From Candidatus Latescibacterota bacterium (GTDB lineage: Bacteria; Latescibacterota; UBA2968; UBA8231), in NCBI GenBank assembly GCA_965203355.1, contig OZ241889.1, positions 288,001-352,000 of the forward strand: a stretch of 64,000 bases of DNA. Reading direction: 5' to 3'. Below, piece by piece: positions 40,830-49,689 of this stretch (its first letter is position 1; the number at the start of each line of letters is the position of its first letter). Under the pieces are notes generated by a model. It was not told where the DNA came from. It was given only the letters and a program-made list of their open reading frames with translations, and searched no databases. A program made the translations under genes and the position numbers.

Positions 40830-41843
40830 ATGTCCAACGCACCTGCCATCCAAACCACGACCGTCGGCTCCTATCCCATCCCGGACTGGCTCCAAGCCCT
40901 GCCCTCCGAGCAGGCCCTCGTCGATGCCACCCGCGTAGTATTCGACACCCAGCGCCAAGCGGGCATCGACCTGCCCACCGACGGCGAGCTGTACCGCTTC
41001 GACATCAACCACCCGGACACCAACGGCATGATCGAATACTTCGTGCGGCCCATGGGCGGCACCCGCGCGGAATTCGGTCGCCGCGAGCGAGAGGAGTTCG
41101 CCGCCCAACAAAGCATGGGCTTCCGGGCCAAACCCGCGGCCGTGGTAGAAGCCGAACTCGGCGCAGGTAGCCTCGATCTGTTCGCCGACTGTGCCCGCGC
41201 CGCGGCCGTGGCCGGCGGCCCCTTCAAGTTCACTCTCACCAGCCCCTACATGCTGGCCCGCACCCTCCTCGATCACCACTATGGCGATTTTGCCGCGCTC
41301 TTGATGGCTGTTGCCCAAGTTCTCGCGGACCAAGTCCGCGGCCTGCCCTGCGCCTGCGTCCAAATCGACGAGGCCAACATCCCCGGCAACCCAGCCGATG
41401 GCCCCCTCGCAGCTCGCGCCATCAACGCCGTACTCGACCGCGTCGACACCGGCACCCAAAAGGCCGTCCACTTCTGCTTTGGCAACTACGGCGGCCAGAC
41501 CATCCAGCAGGGCGAGTGGCGCGCCCTGATCGACTTTCTCAACGAGTTGCACGCCGATCACTTGGTGCTCGAACTGGCCCACCGCCCCGCCAGCGACCTA
41601 GACGCCCTACGGCAAATCGACGCACGCCTCGGTATCGGCATCGGCGTGATCGACATCAAGGTCAACCACATCGAGACAGCCGAAGAGGTCGCTCGCCGCA
41701 TAGAAGCCGCGACCACCGCCGTTGGCCCAGAGCGCGTCCGCTTCATCCACCCAGACTGCGGCTTTTGGATGCTCAAACGCTCCATCGCCGACCGCAAAAT
41801 TGCGGCCCTAGCGAAAGGGCGGGATCTGTTCTTGGGGATTTAG
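40830..41843 (+). CDS. Cobalamin-independent methionine synthase II family protein (short MetE-like)
   Basis: TTTVGSYP, TDGELYR, VQIDEA, HFCFGN, HPDCG zinc ligands. Confidence 0.88.
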   Translation: MSNAPAIQTTTVGSYPIPDWLQALPSEQALVDATRVVFDTQRQAGIDLPTDGELYRFDINHPDTNGMIEYFVRPMGGTRAEFGRREREEFAAQQSMGFRAKPAAVVEAELGAGSLDLFADCARAAAVAGGPFKFTLTSPYMLARTLLDHHYGDFAALLMAVAQVLADQVRGLPCACVQIDEANIPGNPADGPLAARAINAVLDRVDTGTQKAVHFCFGNYGGQTIQQGEWRALIDFLNELHADHLVLELAHRPASDLDALRQIDARLGIGIGVIDIKVNHIETAEEVARRIEAATTAVGPERVRFIHPDCGFWMLKRSIADRKIAALAKGRDLFLGI

Positions 41844-41849
41844 GAAAAA

Positions 41850-42833
41850 CTACGGGCTAGGTCCGTCGCGCAAGTACCCGGCGACTTCTTTGGCGAAATA
41901 AGTCAAGATCATGTCTGCGCCAGCCCGTTTGATTCCGGTCAACACCTCCACAACGGCCTGCTCGCGCTGGACCCATCCCCGCTCCACAGCCGCCACAATC
42001 ATTGCGTATTCGCCAGAGACATTGTACGCGGCAATCGGCACGTCAAAGGCTTGGCGGGCGGCGGCGATTACGTCGAGATAGGCCAGCGCCGGCTTGACCA
42101 TCACCACATCGGCCCCTTCCTCAATGTCGAGCGCAATCTCCTTGAGTGCCTCTCGGCCATTGGCCGGATCCATCTGATAGGTCTTCTTGTCGCCTTTTTG
42201 GGGTGCCGACTGGAGCGCGTCGCGGAACGGGCCGTAAAAGCACGAGGCATATTTAGCTGAATACGCCAAGATGCCGACGTTTTTATACCCAGCCGCGTCG
42301 AGTGCTCGGCGGATGCCGCCGACCCGGCCGTCCATCATGTCTGAGGGCGCGACCCAATCGACACCCGCTTCGGCGTGCGAAAGAGCCATTTTGCACAGCA
42401 CCTCAATGGTCTCGTCGTTTACTACTTCGCCATCTACTACCAAGCCGTCGTGGCCGTGGTGGGTATAGGGGTCGAGAGCCACATCGGTCTGCACGCATAG
42501 TTCGGGCACCGCGGCTTTAAGGCGGCGGATCGCTCGTTGGATCAAGCCCTGCGGGTCGTAAGACTGAGTAGCCAGATCGTCCTTTTGCGTCGAGTAGCCA
42601 AAGAGATTAACCGCCGGGATGCCTAAATCCCATAGCTCTCGGCATTCATCGACCAGCTCGTCAACCGAGAAGCGGTATTGGCCGGGCATGTCGTCAATGG
42701 GTGTACGCGTTTTTTCGCCTTCGGTAACAAACAGCGGATGGATCAGATCATCAACGCGCACATGGGTCTCGCGCACCAAGCTGCGCACCGCTTCTGAGCA
42801 CCTGAGTCGTCGGGGCCTTTTGGTCAATTCCAC
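41850..42833 (-). CDS. hemB: Porphobilinogen synthase (Asp-rich metal site)
   Basis: RPRRLR, DVALDPYTHHGHDG, PSDMMDGR, SCFYGPFRDA, VMVKPAL, AYNVSGEY. Confidence 0.97.
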   Translation of the reverse strand: MELTKRPRRLRCSEAVRSLVRETHVRVDDLIHPLFVTEGEKTRTPIDDMPGQYRFSVDELVDECRELWDLGIPAVNLFGYSTQKDDLATQSYDPQGLIQRAIRRLKAAVPELCVQTDVALDPYTHHGHDGLVVDGEVVNDETIEVLCKMALSHAEAGVDWVAPSDMMDGRVGGIRRALDAAGYKNVGILAYSAKYASCFYGPFRDALQSAPQKGDKKTYQMDPANGREALKEIALDIEEGADVVMVKPALAYLDVIAAARQAFDVPIAAYNVSGEYAMIVAAVERGWVQREQAVVEVLTGIKRAGADMILTYFAKEVAGYLRDGPSP

Positions 42834-42974
42834 GGCAGTCTCCTAGTCAAAATACGGTATGAGATGCGGAGCGAAGCATCTCATACCTGAGTGTCCATCT
42901 ATAAAAACTTCGGTCTGGCTCGGCATAGCCGCGACTCACCGGCCTCCGGCTGTCGAAGCGTCTGCAACCGGCGG

Positions 42975-43165
42975 CGAGCATAGAGGCCATCCGACGCTTG
43001 ATCGGCAAGTTGCTCTAATTTTGCTGATTTCACATCTTTTTCAATCGGCATCAAACGCATCAAACCATTCCCTTAAACGGACAAGTTCATCCGCCAAATA
43101 CAGCTTGCACGACTCAATCCTCCTTTTTACTACGATCTCTTCGACTTGAGGATTTTCACCCGACA
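42975..43165 (-). pseudogene. Degraded small antitoxin-like gene
   Basis: ELVRLREWFDAFDA followed, after a frameshift, by IEKDVKSAKLEQLADQA; resembles a widespread F..WF.EFD...WD.QIE.D...GKLD.LA small-protein family (from recall). Confidence 0.5.
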
Positions 43166-43237
43166 TCTCTTCTGATCGTCTCACGGCCATCCGGCTGGGG
43201 ATAACGACCCAAACGCAACGACAGCCACCACACAACA

Positions 43238-43921
43238 ATGGCCCACTCCGTCCGACGCCACTTGCGCCTTGAAATCGAGGCGTACGATAAGACCATCCGC
43301 GCTTTCATTCCCGCGTATGAGGAAATGCTGGCGCGAGCCGCAGATGCCGTTGCCGCAGCCAAGCCGAAAAAAGTAATCGACCTCGGCGCTGGCACGGGCG
43401 CATTGGCGCAAGCCGTATTGCAGCGATGCGAGGAAACGACGGTCGAGCTGATCGACGCCGACGCCGAGATGCTCGATCAGGCCCGCGAGCGGCTCGCGTC
43501 TTTTGCTTCGAGAGTGCAGTACACTGTGCGAGTATTCCAAGGCACGCTACCTGCCTGCGACGCCGTAGTCGCCTCCCTCGCACTACACCACGTTCCCACC
43601 CTAGCCGAAAAACGGACCGTCTTCGGCGCAATTCACACGGCGTTGCGCCCAAGCGGCGTATTCGTCAACGCGGATGCAACCATGCCCGCCGACCCGTCTG
43701 CTCGCCAAGCCGAGTACGAAACTTGGGCGGCCCACCTCGTCTCCTGCGGCATCGCCGAGGAACGCGCCTACAGCCATTTCGCAGAATGGGCCGACGAAGA
43801 CACTTACTTTCCCGTGGAAGACGAACTCGCCGCGCTGACCGACGCCGGTTTTGCTGCGGCCTGCCTATGGCGCGTCACACCCGTCACAGTCGTAAAAGCG
43901 GTCAAAGCCGCAGCAGCTTAG
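43238..43921 (+). CDS. Class I SAM-dependent methyltransferase
   Basis: VIDLGAGTG, ASLALHH, LRPSGVFVNAD. Confidence 0.9.
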   Translation: MAHSVRRHLRLEIEAYDKTIRAFIPAYEEMLARAADAVAAAKPKKVIDLGAGTGALAQAVLQRCEETTVELIDADAEMLDQARERLASFASRVQYTVRVFQGTLPACDAVVASLALHHVPTLAEKRTVFGAIHTALRPSGVFVNADATMPADPSARQAEYETWAAHLVSCGIAEERAYSHFAEWADEDTYFPVEDELAALTDAGFAAACLWRVTPVTVVKAVKAAAA

Positions 43922-43992
43922 GCCGCGACGAGTTGCGTAAGAGAAATCCCGGCGGCTTAGCGTTGGCGAGCCTTAGAAGCCGCGCCGCATAG

Positions 43993-44943
43993 CTACAGCA
44001 GCAGGGCGAGAGCGACGCTGACGACGAGGCCGGCGAAAACCTTCGCGCAGTCAGAGAGCAACAGCCGCGACACCTCCTGACGGCTGCGGTGTCTCTCGTT
44101 CCAAGCGACGGCGATCTCGCGTCCAGCCAGCAGACCGACGAAAACCCAAGTTGTGCTCATCGGGATGTTGCTGAGCTCCTTGAACACAAACAGCACGATG
44201 CCGTAGATCAGGTCCACAAACGTCGCCGAGCGGATGTCGGTGGTGTTCGTCTTCGTCAGCACTACCTTCTGAATGGCACCGCCGTGATTGTAGAAGATGA
44301 AGGCCAGCAAGCCCAGGATGGTGGCGATGCTGGCTATGAACCAGTCAACAGGTAAATCTGGGGTCCCACTGACCGGATTTCGCGGCAGGAAAACATAGAT
44401 ATTGGCCAAGTCCTGTATCAGCCACTGGCTCCAGAGAAAACCGGTCGAGCACCACTGCGCCACAACCCACCAAGGGCTCGTCGGTCCGTCCGTCCAGTTA
44501 AAGCGCGACTCGAGGCTCCGAGTGATCAACTTGTACACGATAATGGCGACCACAAAAGCCGTCGCATATCCCAGCAACGACTTGAGCAACATTTTCGGCA
44601 ACGCTTTTTGTGAAAACACCGTCAAGGTCAGGAAGGTGGTGCTAACCGGGATGCCCCAGCGAGTTAGCAAGAGCAGGACGAGGGGGGGGACGCAGTAAGT
44701 CCAACTAAAGTGAACCGGCACTGGAATCGTCTTTAATCTCCCATAAGAAACATCCCCACTATGCTCCACCCAACCATACACCAAGACCACCGTTATGATG
44801 CTGCCGGCAAAGAGCCAAAGCACCCACCACGGACGGTGGGAGTTGGAACTAAGAAAGGTCCCCAAAGTCTGAATTGCGTCGTTGCCAACAATCGAATACG
44901 CGCCGAGTGCAAATCCGATGACCATCAAAACTTCCTGACTCAT
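43993..44943 (-). CDS. Polytopic membrane protein related to PiT-type phosphate transporters
   Basis: GNDAIQTLGTF, GIPVSTT and IPMSTTW duplicated signature; many transmembrane segments. Confidence 0.7.
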   Translation of the reverse strand: MSQEVLMVIGFALGAYSIVGNDAIQTLGTFLSSNSHRPWWVLWLFAGSIITVVLVYGWVEHSGDVSYGRLKTIPVPVHFSWTYCVPPLVLLLLTRWGIPVSTTFLTLTVFSQKALPKMLLKSLLGYATAFVVAIIVYKLITRSLESRFNWTDGPTSPWWVVAQWCSTGFLWSQWLIQDLANIYVFLPRNPVSGTPDLPVDWFIASIATILGLLAFIFYNHGGAIQKVVLTKTNTTDIRSATFVDLIYGIVLFVFKELSNIPMSTTWVFVGLLAGREIAVAWNERHRSRQEVSRLLLSDCAKVFAGLVVSVALALLL

Positions 44944-45197
44944 GCTTACTCCTCGGGAAATTCCGCTAATGTGCTAAAGACCACCTCGGCCAAGAATGTA
45001 TATACCCAACCACAGGCGAGCAACGACCGAACCTTGCTTGCCGCAGGGTATGCACAAGGCGTTTTTAAGACATTTTCGCGACGCTTCCATTTCCGCGGAT
45101 AGACCGCACTTCTTCTGCGCGCGGCAAAGCAATTTGGCCTCAGCTTGTCGCGCCATTATTTTCTCAAGCCACCCTTCACCGCAGCCCCGAGCTAAGT

Positions 45198-47018
45198 ATG
45201 ACCGCTAAAATCCTCGTTGTCCTCCTCCTCTTCGCCTTACCCATTCAAGCCAAAACTCAGATCGAAGCAGCCTATGAAGTCGGCGAACTCGACTTGGAGA
45301 CGGCCCTGATCTACCAAGTCCTCAGCGTGCGCTCACCCAATCAACTGCCGGCGATCTACCGAGAGTCCAGCGGGCCAGCGGTTTGCGGGACCCCGCATCT
45401 AGTCCAAGCCATGAGCGCCGCTCCCGACCTGAGTGCCGAGTTCCAAGCGCGCTTGGGCAAGCTGGCGCAGCGTCGGCCAGACGCCCAACATGACATCCTC
45501 TCGCCATCGGGGCGCTTTCGCGTCCACTACGATACCGAAGGACGCCACGCGGTTTCGCCTACGGACGACGACGCCAACGGCATCCCGGACTACATCGACC
45601 GCACCATGGCCGTGCTCGACAGCGTTTGGGTACTCGAAATCGATCAATTAGGCTACAATCCGCCGCCTTCGGACAACGGCTTGGGCGGAGGCGACGAATA
45701 CGACGCGTATGTTATCGAGCTAAACGGCGGATATTATGGATACGCCTATCCTGCGAGTAACAGTACCGAAACCACGCACAGCTACCTCGAAATCGACAAC
45801 AACTTTACCGATCCGGGCTACAAGCAAACTCGCGGGTTAGACGCCCTGCGCGTAGCTATTGCCCACGAGTTCCACCACGCCATCCAGTTTGGCTACTACG
45901 CAAAATTCGACGGCAGTTGGTGGCAGGAGTCCACCTCGACGTGGATGGAAGAAGTGGCCTATCCGCCCATCGACGATTACCTCCAGTACTTGACCTACTT
46001 CCTCGGCGAACCCCAACGCGCCCTCAACTCCGGCGTTTATCGCAGTCTCCACACCTACGGCTCGGCGATTTTTTCGCTCTTCCTCGATCAGCGCTACGGC
46101 CCCGATCTCAAATCCCTGATCCGGGCGGAGCTGAAACAGCACTCACCAGATGTCATCGCGCTACGGGCGCGGGCGCATCTCAACCGCTTGATCTGGGAAG
46201 AAATCAAGGCGCGCAAAAGCGTCCATCTCGATCACTTCGACCGCGTCATCCGCCAAGTCGAGCCGGGCGGGCTCGGCGTTGCTATGAGCGAGTTTGCCGT
46301 GTGGAACTATTTCACCGGCAATCGCCACCGAGGCTCATACTATGCCGAAGCAGACAAATACCCGACCGTCCCCACCCGCGACCTCGCCATCAACGCCGAA
46401 GCGGTCGTCCGCGACACCAGCCTCGTCGATGCCACCGGCAGCGTCTATCTGCGCCTTCAGCCGCAACTGCGCACGGGCGGAGTCGATCTCTTCTTCGACG
46501 CCAATCAAGGAGCGTGGCGGCGGCACTTGCTCTTAATCGGCCCGGACCGCGTTTCCGTGCAACTCGTCTCCGAGCCGACCATCCGCGTCACGAGTTGGGA
46601 CCAGTTCGACGAAATCGTCCTCGTCGCCACTGCCGCCGAGCGCACGGGTCTCGCCCATCAGCACTTCTTCACCGCGCAGTTCGATCCTAGTCTAATCGAG
46701 TCCGACCGGCCCGCCGCCCTCGCCACCCGGCTCAAACCCAACTATCCCAATCCCTTCCGCCCCCCTTACCATTCACACACCCGGCTGGCGTTTGACTTAG
46801 CCGTCCCCAGCCGAGAAACGCGCCTTGCACTGTTTACGGCCAACGGTACGCTCGTATGGGAGCAAGACTTAGGCGAGCGGGCGGCACGCCCAGACCACGC
46901 CGTGCGATGGGATGGCCGCAACCTCGCTGGCAACCTCGTAGCCAGCGGCATCTATCACCTGCTTCTCGAAGCCGACGGCATCGCCGCTAAACGATCACTC
47001 GCGGTGGTGCGCGATTGA
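45198..47018 (+). CDS. Secreted zinc metalloprotease (MXAN_6640-like) with FlgD-Ig C-terminal domain, copy 1
   Basis: Signal peptide, CGT, FRVHY, AHEFHHAIQFGY, WWQESTSTWME, NYPNPF. Confidence 0.85.
   Translation: MTAKILVVLLLFALPIQAKTQIEAAYEVGELDLETALIYQVLSVRSPNQLPAIYRESSGPAVCGTPHLVQAMSAAPDLSAEFQARLGKLAQRRPDAQHDILSPSGRFRVHYDTEGRHAVSPTDDDANGIPDYIDRTMAVLDSVWVLEIDQLGYNPPPSDNGLGGGDEYDAYVIELNGGYYGYAYPASNSTETTHSYLEIDNNFTDPGYKQTRGLDALRVAIAHEFHHAIQFGYYAKFDGSWWQESTSTWMEEVAYPPIDDYLQYLTYFLGEPQRALNSGVYRSLHTYGSAIFSLFLDQRYGPDLKSLIRAELKQHSPDVIALRARAHLNRLIWEEIKARKSVHLDHFDRVIRQVEPGGLGVAMSEFAVWNYFTGNRHRGSYYAEADKYPTVPTRDLAINAEAVVRDTSLVDATGSVYLRLQPQLRTGGVDLFFDANQGAWRRHLLLIGPDRVSVQLVSEPTIRVTSWDQFDEIVLVATAAERTGLAHQHFFTAQFDPSLIESDRPAALATRLKPNYPNPFRPPYHSHTRLAFDLAVPSRETRLALFTANGTLVWEQDLGERAARPDHAVRWDGRNLAGNLVASGIYHLLLEADGIAAKRSLAVVRD
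46179..47018. repeat. 840-bp near-identical direct repeat, copy 1 (copy 2 at 50712..51551)
   Basis: Constant offset of 4533 bp at both ends; only scattered substitutions. Confidence 0.95.
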
Positions 47019-47067
47019 AAAACGCAAACGGCGTGGGTAGCACTCACCTAAAAGTACGTAATGATGC

Positions 47068-47116
47068 AAAAAAATAGCCGGATTCTCCTATAATTACCTC
47101 TAGGAAAATCCGGCTA
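47068..47116 (-). terminator. Intrinsic terminator of the minus-strand peptide operon
   Basis: TAGCCGGATT(T/C)TCCTA stem followed by T7 on the minus strand. Confidence 0.7.
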
Positions 47117-47174
47117 AATTGCCTCGCCGGTAAGATCGCAGCCAGTGGCGTTTATCGTCTCTTACAGGAAGCCA

Positions 47175-47205
47175 ACGGCTAGCAGGCGTTGCGCTTGCTA
47201 GCCGT
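47175..47205. other. 14-bp stem-loop just 3' of the cysteine-rich peptide gene
   Basis: ACGGCTAGCAGGCG-ttg-CGCTTGCTAGCCGT. Confidence 0.6.
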
Positions 47206-47232
47206 CTTACGAGACTAGGGACCCATAGATCG

Positions 47233-47553
47233 CTAGCAGGCCCCTCCGTTCCAACAACGATTGCACTCGTCGTATACTTGATACCCCCCCGTCCCGTCCG
47301 GACAGAACATTCGGATATACTTAGCCCTATATCCGGGGGCTATGTCGCAACATGTGGATAGGACTTGGGAACTGCATCCCCCCCAAGCAGGTTTGCATGC
47401 CCACGCTTCTTTGGGCGTGAGGAACAAAACCCCTGCGGTGAGCAGAAGCACAAAACCCACGACGGGCAACCTGAGCGACTTTTGAGCAGAACCGCTCTCG
47501 TCGTGCAAAAAGTTCTGCGCCTTGACCAAGGCCATCTTGATCATCGTTTTCAT
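47233..47553 (-). CDS. Precursor with Flp-prepilin-like leader, signal peptide and 8-Cys core
   Basis: RBS AAGGAG; NFLHDESG, hydrophobic helix, AWA, then C-x6-C-x7-CC-x14-C-x12-C-x2-C-x5-C. Confidence 0.8.
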   Translation of the reverse strand: MKTMIKMALVKAQNFLHDESGSAQKSLRLPVVGFVLLLTAGVLFLTPKEAWACKPAWGGCSSQVLSTCCDIAPGYRAKYIRMFCPDGTGGYQVYDECNRCWNGGAC

Positions 47554-47660
47554 CCCTACTTCTCCTTGTTAGATATTATGAGAGACTACTTTTGACCTAC
47601 TCGCGGGCGATTCTCTATCCTCCTTTCTGGCCCTACGGACACGAGTATCGTCGTGGCTAT

Positions 47661-48224
47661 CTATAGAGATAACCCGAACGAGATTATAATACTCCCCTTC
47701 ATAAAAACCGTACAGATGCTAGATGCTACAATTATGGGACCAAAGGGAATTGTTCCCGTAAGTTTCTTGCTATTCTTAGAGGAATCGGAGATACCAAGTC
47801 TCTTAAAAATCCAACCCAATCCCAAGACTATCAGGTATATGCAGATCGCATTGAGTAAGAACACAGCAGGGGCCGTCCATATAGGGACCGCCTTTAGATG
47901 TGTAAATAAAGTTGGCGGTAAGGATATAGATGCCGAGACAAATAATTTAGCGTCGCCAGGCCCCCAAAAATTCAGTATATATAAAAGCACACCTATAACC
48001 ATGGCCACACCCAATATAGTAGAAAACAACTTATACCCTATCGCATTTTCATAGATAAGAATAAGGTTGCCTAACAAACCGGTAAGAAAAATTATAAAAT
48101 TATACCTGTTCGGGACTAAACGACTCTTCAAATCAACATATCCTGCATAGATGCCAATAGTTAGAAGAACGGCAAGCATGATAAATTCGGTAACAAATGT
48201 GGTATCGTACACTTTGAACCCCAA
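47661..48224 (-). CDS. Prepilin peptidase, A24 family (CpaA/TadV-like, no methyltransferase domain)
   Basis: YVDLKSRLVPN and WGPGDAKL catalytic aspartates, C-terminal IPFGP, multiple transmembrane helices. Confidence 0.88.
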   Translation of the reverse strand: MGFKVYDTTFVTEFIMLAVLLTIGIYAGYVDLKSRLVPNRYNFIIFLTGLLGNLILIYENAIGYKLFSTILGVAMVIGVLLYILNFWGPGDAKLFVSASISLPPTLFTHLKAVPIWTAPAVFLLNAICIYLIVLGLGWIFKRLGISDSSKNSKKLTGTIPFGPIIVASSICTVFMKGSIIISFGLSL

Positions 48225-48228
48225 GTGG

Positions 48229-48768
48229 CTAATTCAAACTGTCCAAGATATTCTCTATACAACTACTGCCTCGCTCAACTTCCACTATTACTCCTTCACT
48301 GTTCACTAATATAGCGGTAGGAAAAGTATCAATTGAGTACATTTGAGTCACACCGAAATCTCTATCCCAGCCTATCGCTTCCCTTATTCCATATTGGTCA
48401 ACTTTTTCCTTAATAATCTGCTTATTGCCAGAAATGACTACAAGAATAGGCATAGAGACCGCCTGAAGATCGACATACATGCTGTCACAAGCAGAGCACC
48501 CTGCACTACTAAACACGAGCATATTGGGGAGGCGATCATTTGCGGAACCGAATTCAATTCGATTCCCGTCAATTGTCTCTATCTCGAAAGGCTGCACCTT
48601 AGTGTTCTTCAATGACTCGGCCAGCGAATTCGTCAATCTGACGGCGTTACTGTTTCTCGTCATGTGCAAGTCGGCCATTAAAAGGAACGCCAAGAGCAGT
48701 CCATTAATAATAGATATTGGTTTAATAAGCGAATTCAGTTTCATTGTAACTTCAAGGCGGTCATTCAT
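48229..48768 (-). CDS. Membrane-anchored thioredoxin-fold protein (TlpA/ResA/MauD-like)
   Basis: N-terminal TM helix, PFEIETIDG, LVFSSAGCSAC, cis-Pro motif TFPTAILVNSEGVI. Confidence 0.85.
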   Translation of the reverse strand: MNDRLEVTMKLNSLIKPISIINGLLLAFLLMADLHMTRNSNAVRLTNSLAESLKNTKVQPFEIETIDGNRIEFGSANDRLPNMLVFSSAGCSACDSMYVDLQAVSMPILVVISGNKQIIKEKVDQYGIREAIGWDRDFGVTQMYSIDTFPTAILVNSEGVIVEVERGSSCIENILDSLN

Positions 48769-49342
48769 TAGTGTGAGAATTCGTCCAGTTGTATAGCAAG
48801 TCCAATCCTCTAACTAGAGCCTCTACGGACTTTGTCGCCCCCGTAACTCCGTCAACTTGTAATAGAGTATTACTGTTGTCGGATTCCAATAGTCCAAATT
48901 GAGATAGAATCGGCTGAGGGTCGAACGGCTCTCCCTGAAGTTCCCAAGGCTCAAGAGGAACAATGTCTTGTATTTCCCTTGTCAGACAATTAAAAACGAC
49001 CGCGACTAGCAAATCCCTACAGACATCACAAGCTATATCCTCCCTTAAAATAGCTGCGTACATATCGCCATATTCTAAGACTTCTATTATTCCAGAAGCC
49101 GGAACTCGATTGGGGAAAAAAATTGATCTCAACGTTGGGACATCCTGACCAAGGGTTTCATTCAACTTTACCAATAATTCTTGTGGAGGGGGATGCCAAG
49201 GGAGCGAAGGATTATAGCTCGACCTCTGCTCTTCAAATGCTATTAAGCGACTGCTTGCAGACCATGCCATTAGCGTCAAGAGCAAACAAACAATAGCTAG
49301 CACAATAAAAATGGGGTCTAATAAGTCAGCTTTACGAAACAT
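48761..49342 (-). CDS. Membrane-anchored CxxC protein with a C-terminal FMN-attachment motif
   Basis: N-terminal TM helix, CDVC, VDGVTGATKS. Confidence 0.72.
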   Translation of the reverse strand: MFRKADLLDPIFIVLAIVCLLLTLMAWSASSRLIAFEEQRSSYNPSLPWHPPPQELLVKLNETLGQDVPTLRSIFFPNRVPASGIIEVLEYGDMYAAILREDIACDVCRDLLVAVVFNCLTREIQDIVPLEPWELQGEPFDPQPILSQFGLLESDNSNTLLQVDGVTGATKSVEALVRGLDLLYNWTNSHTNE

Positions 49343-49679
49343 AATTGGTACCAGTCAAGGCAGTATTCCATTCGGCTAGAACCGAGCGATCTACTTGGCG
49401 ATGATCTTCTATCAAATGAACGGTCGGCGAGAAGCGATATACCGCAGAGTAAGCATCGTGGTCGTATGCGCGTACCATTAAGCCAACCAGTCCGAGCACA
49501 ACGCTGATCGGGTAGGCGATCAACGACTTCCGCTCATCGGTAGTGCCTACGAGCCCAGTACAGAATGTACTGACCAGAATTGCTATCTCATTGGGGGCTA
49601 AAAAGGAAGAGTTCGGCAATAGCCATAATGCGTTTGTCATCAACGGCTCGTTTGACCAAGAGGCGGTATCGAAACTCAA
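49332..49679 (-). CDS. Hypothetical membrane protein, possibly truncated
   Basis: Hydrophobic segments; stop overlaps the next start by 11 bp; start uncertain. Confidence 0.4.
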   Translation of the reverse strand: MSFDTASWSNEPLMTNALWLLPNSSFLAPNEIAILVSTFCTGLVGTTDERKSLIAYPISVVLGLVGLMVRAYDHDAYSAVYRFSPTVHLIEDHRQVDRSVLAEWNTALTGTNYVS

Positions 49680-49689
49680 AGATGACGTA

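Noticed and set aside
47233-48224. Ordinary Tad/Flp pilus locus
   Set aside because: No ATPase, secretin or TadB/C genes in the window. The small ORF lacks the +5 Glu/+6 Tyr and has an AxA site plus an 8-Cys domain. A role in trans cannot be excluded.
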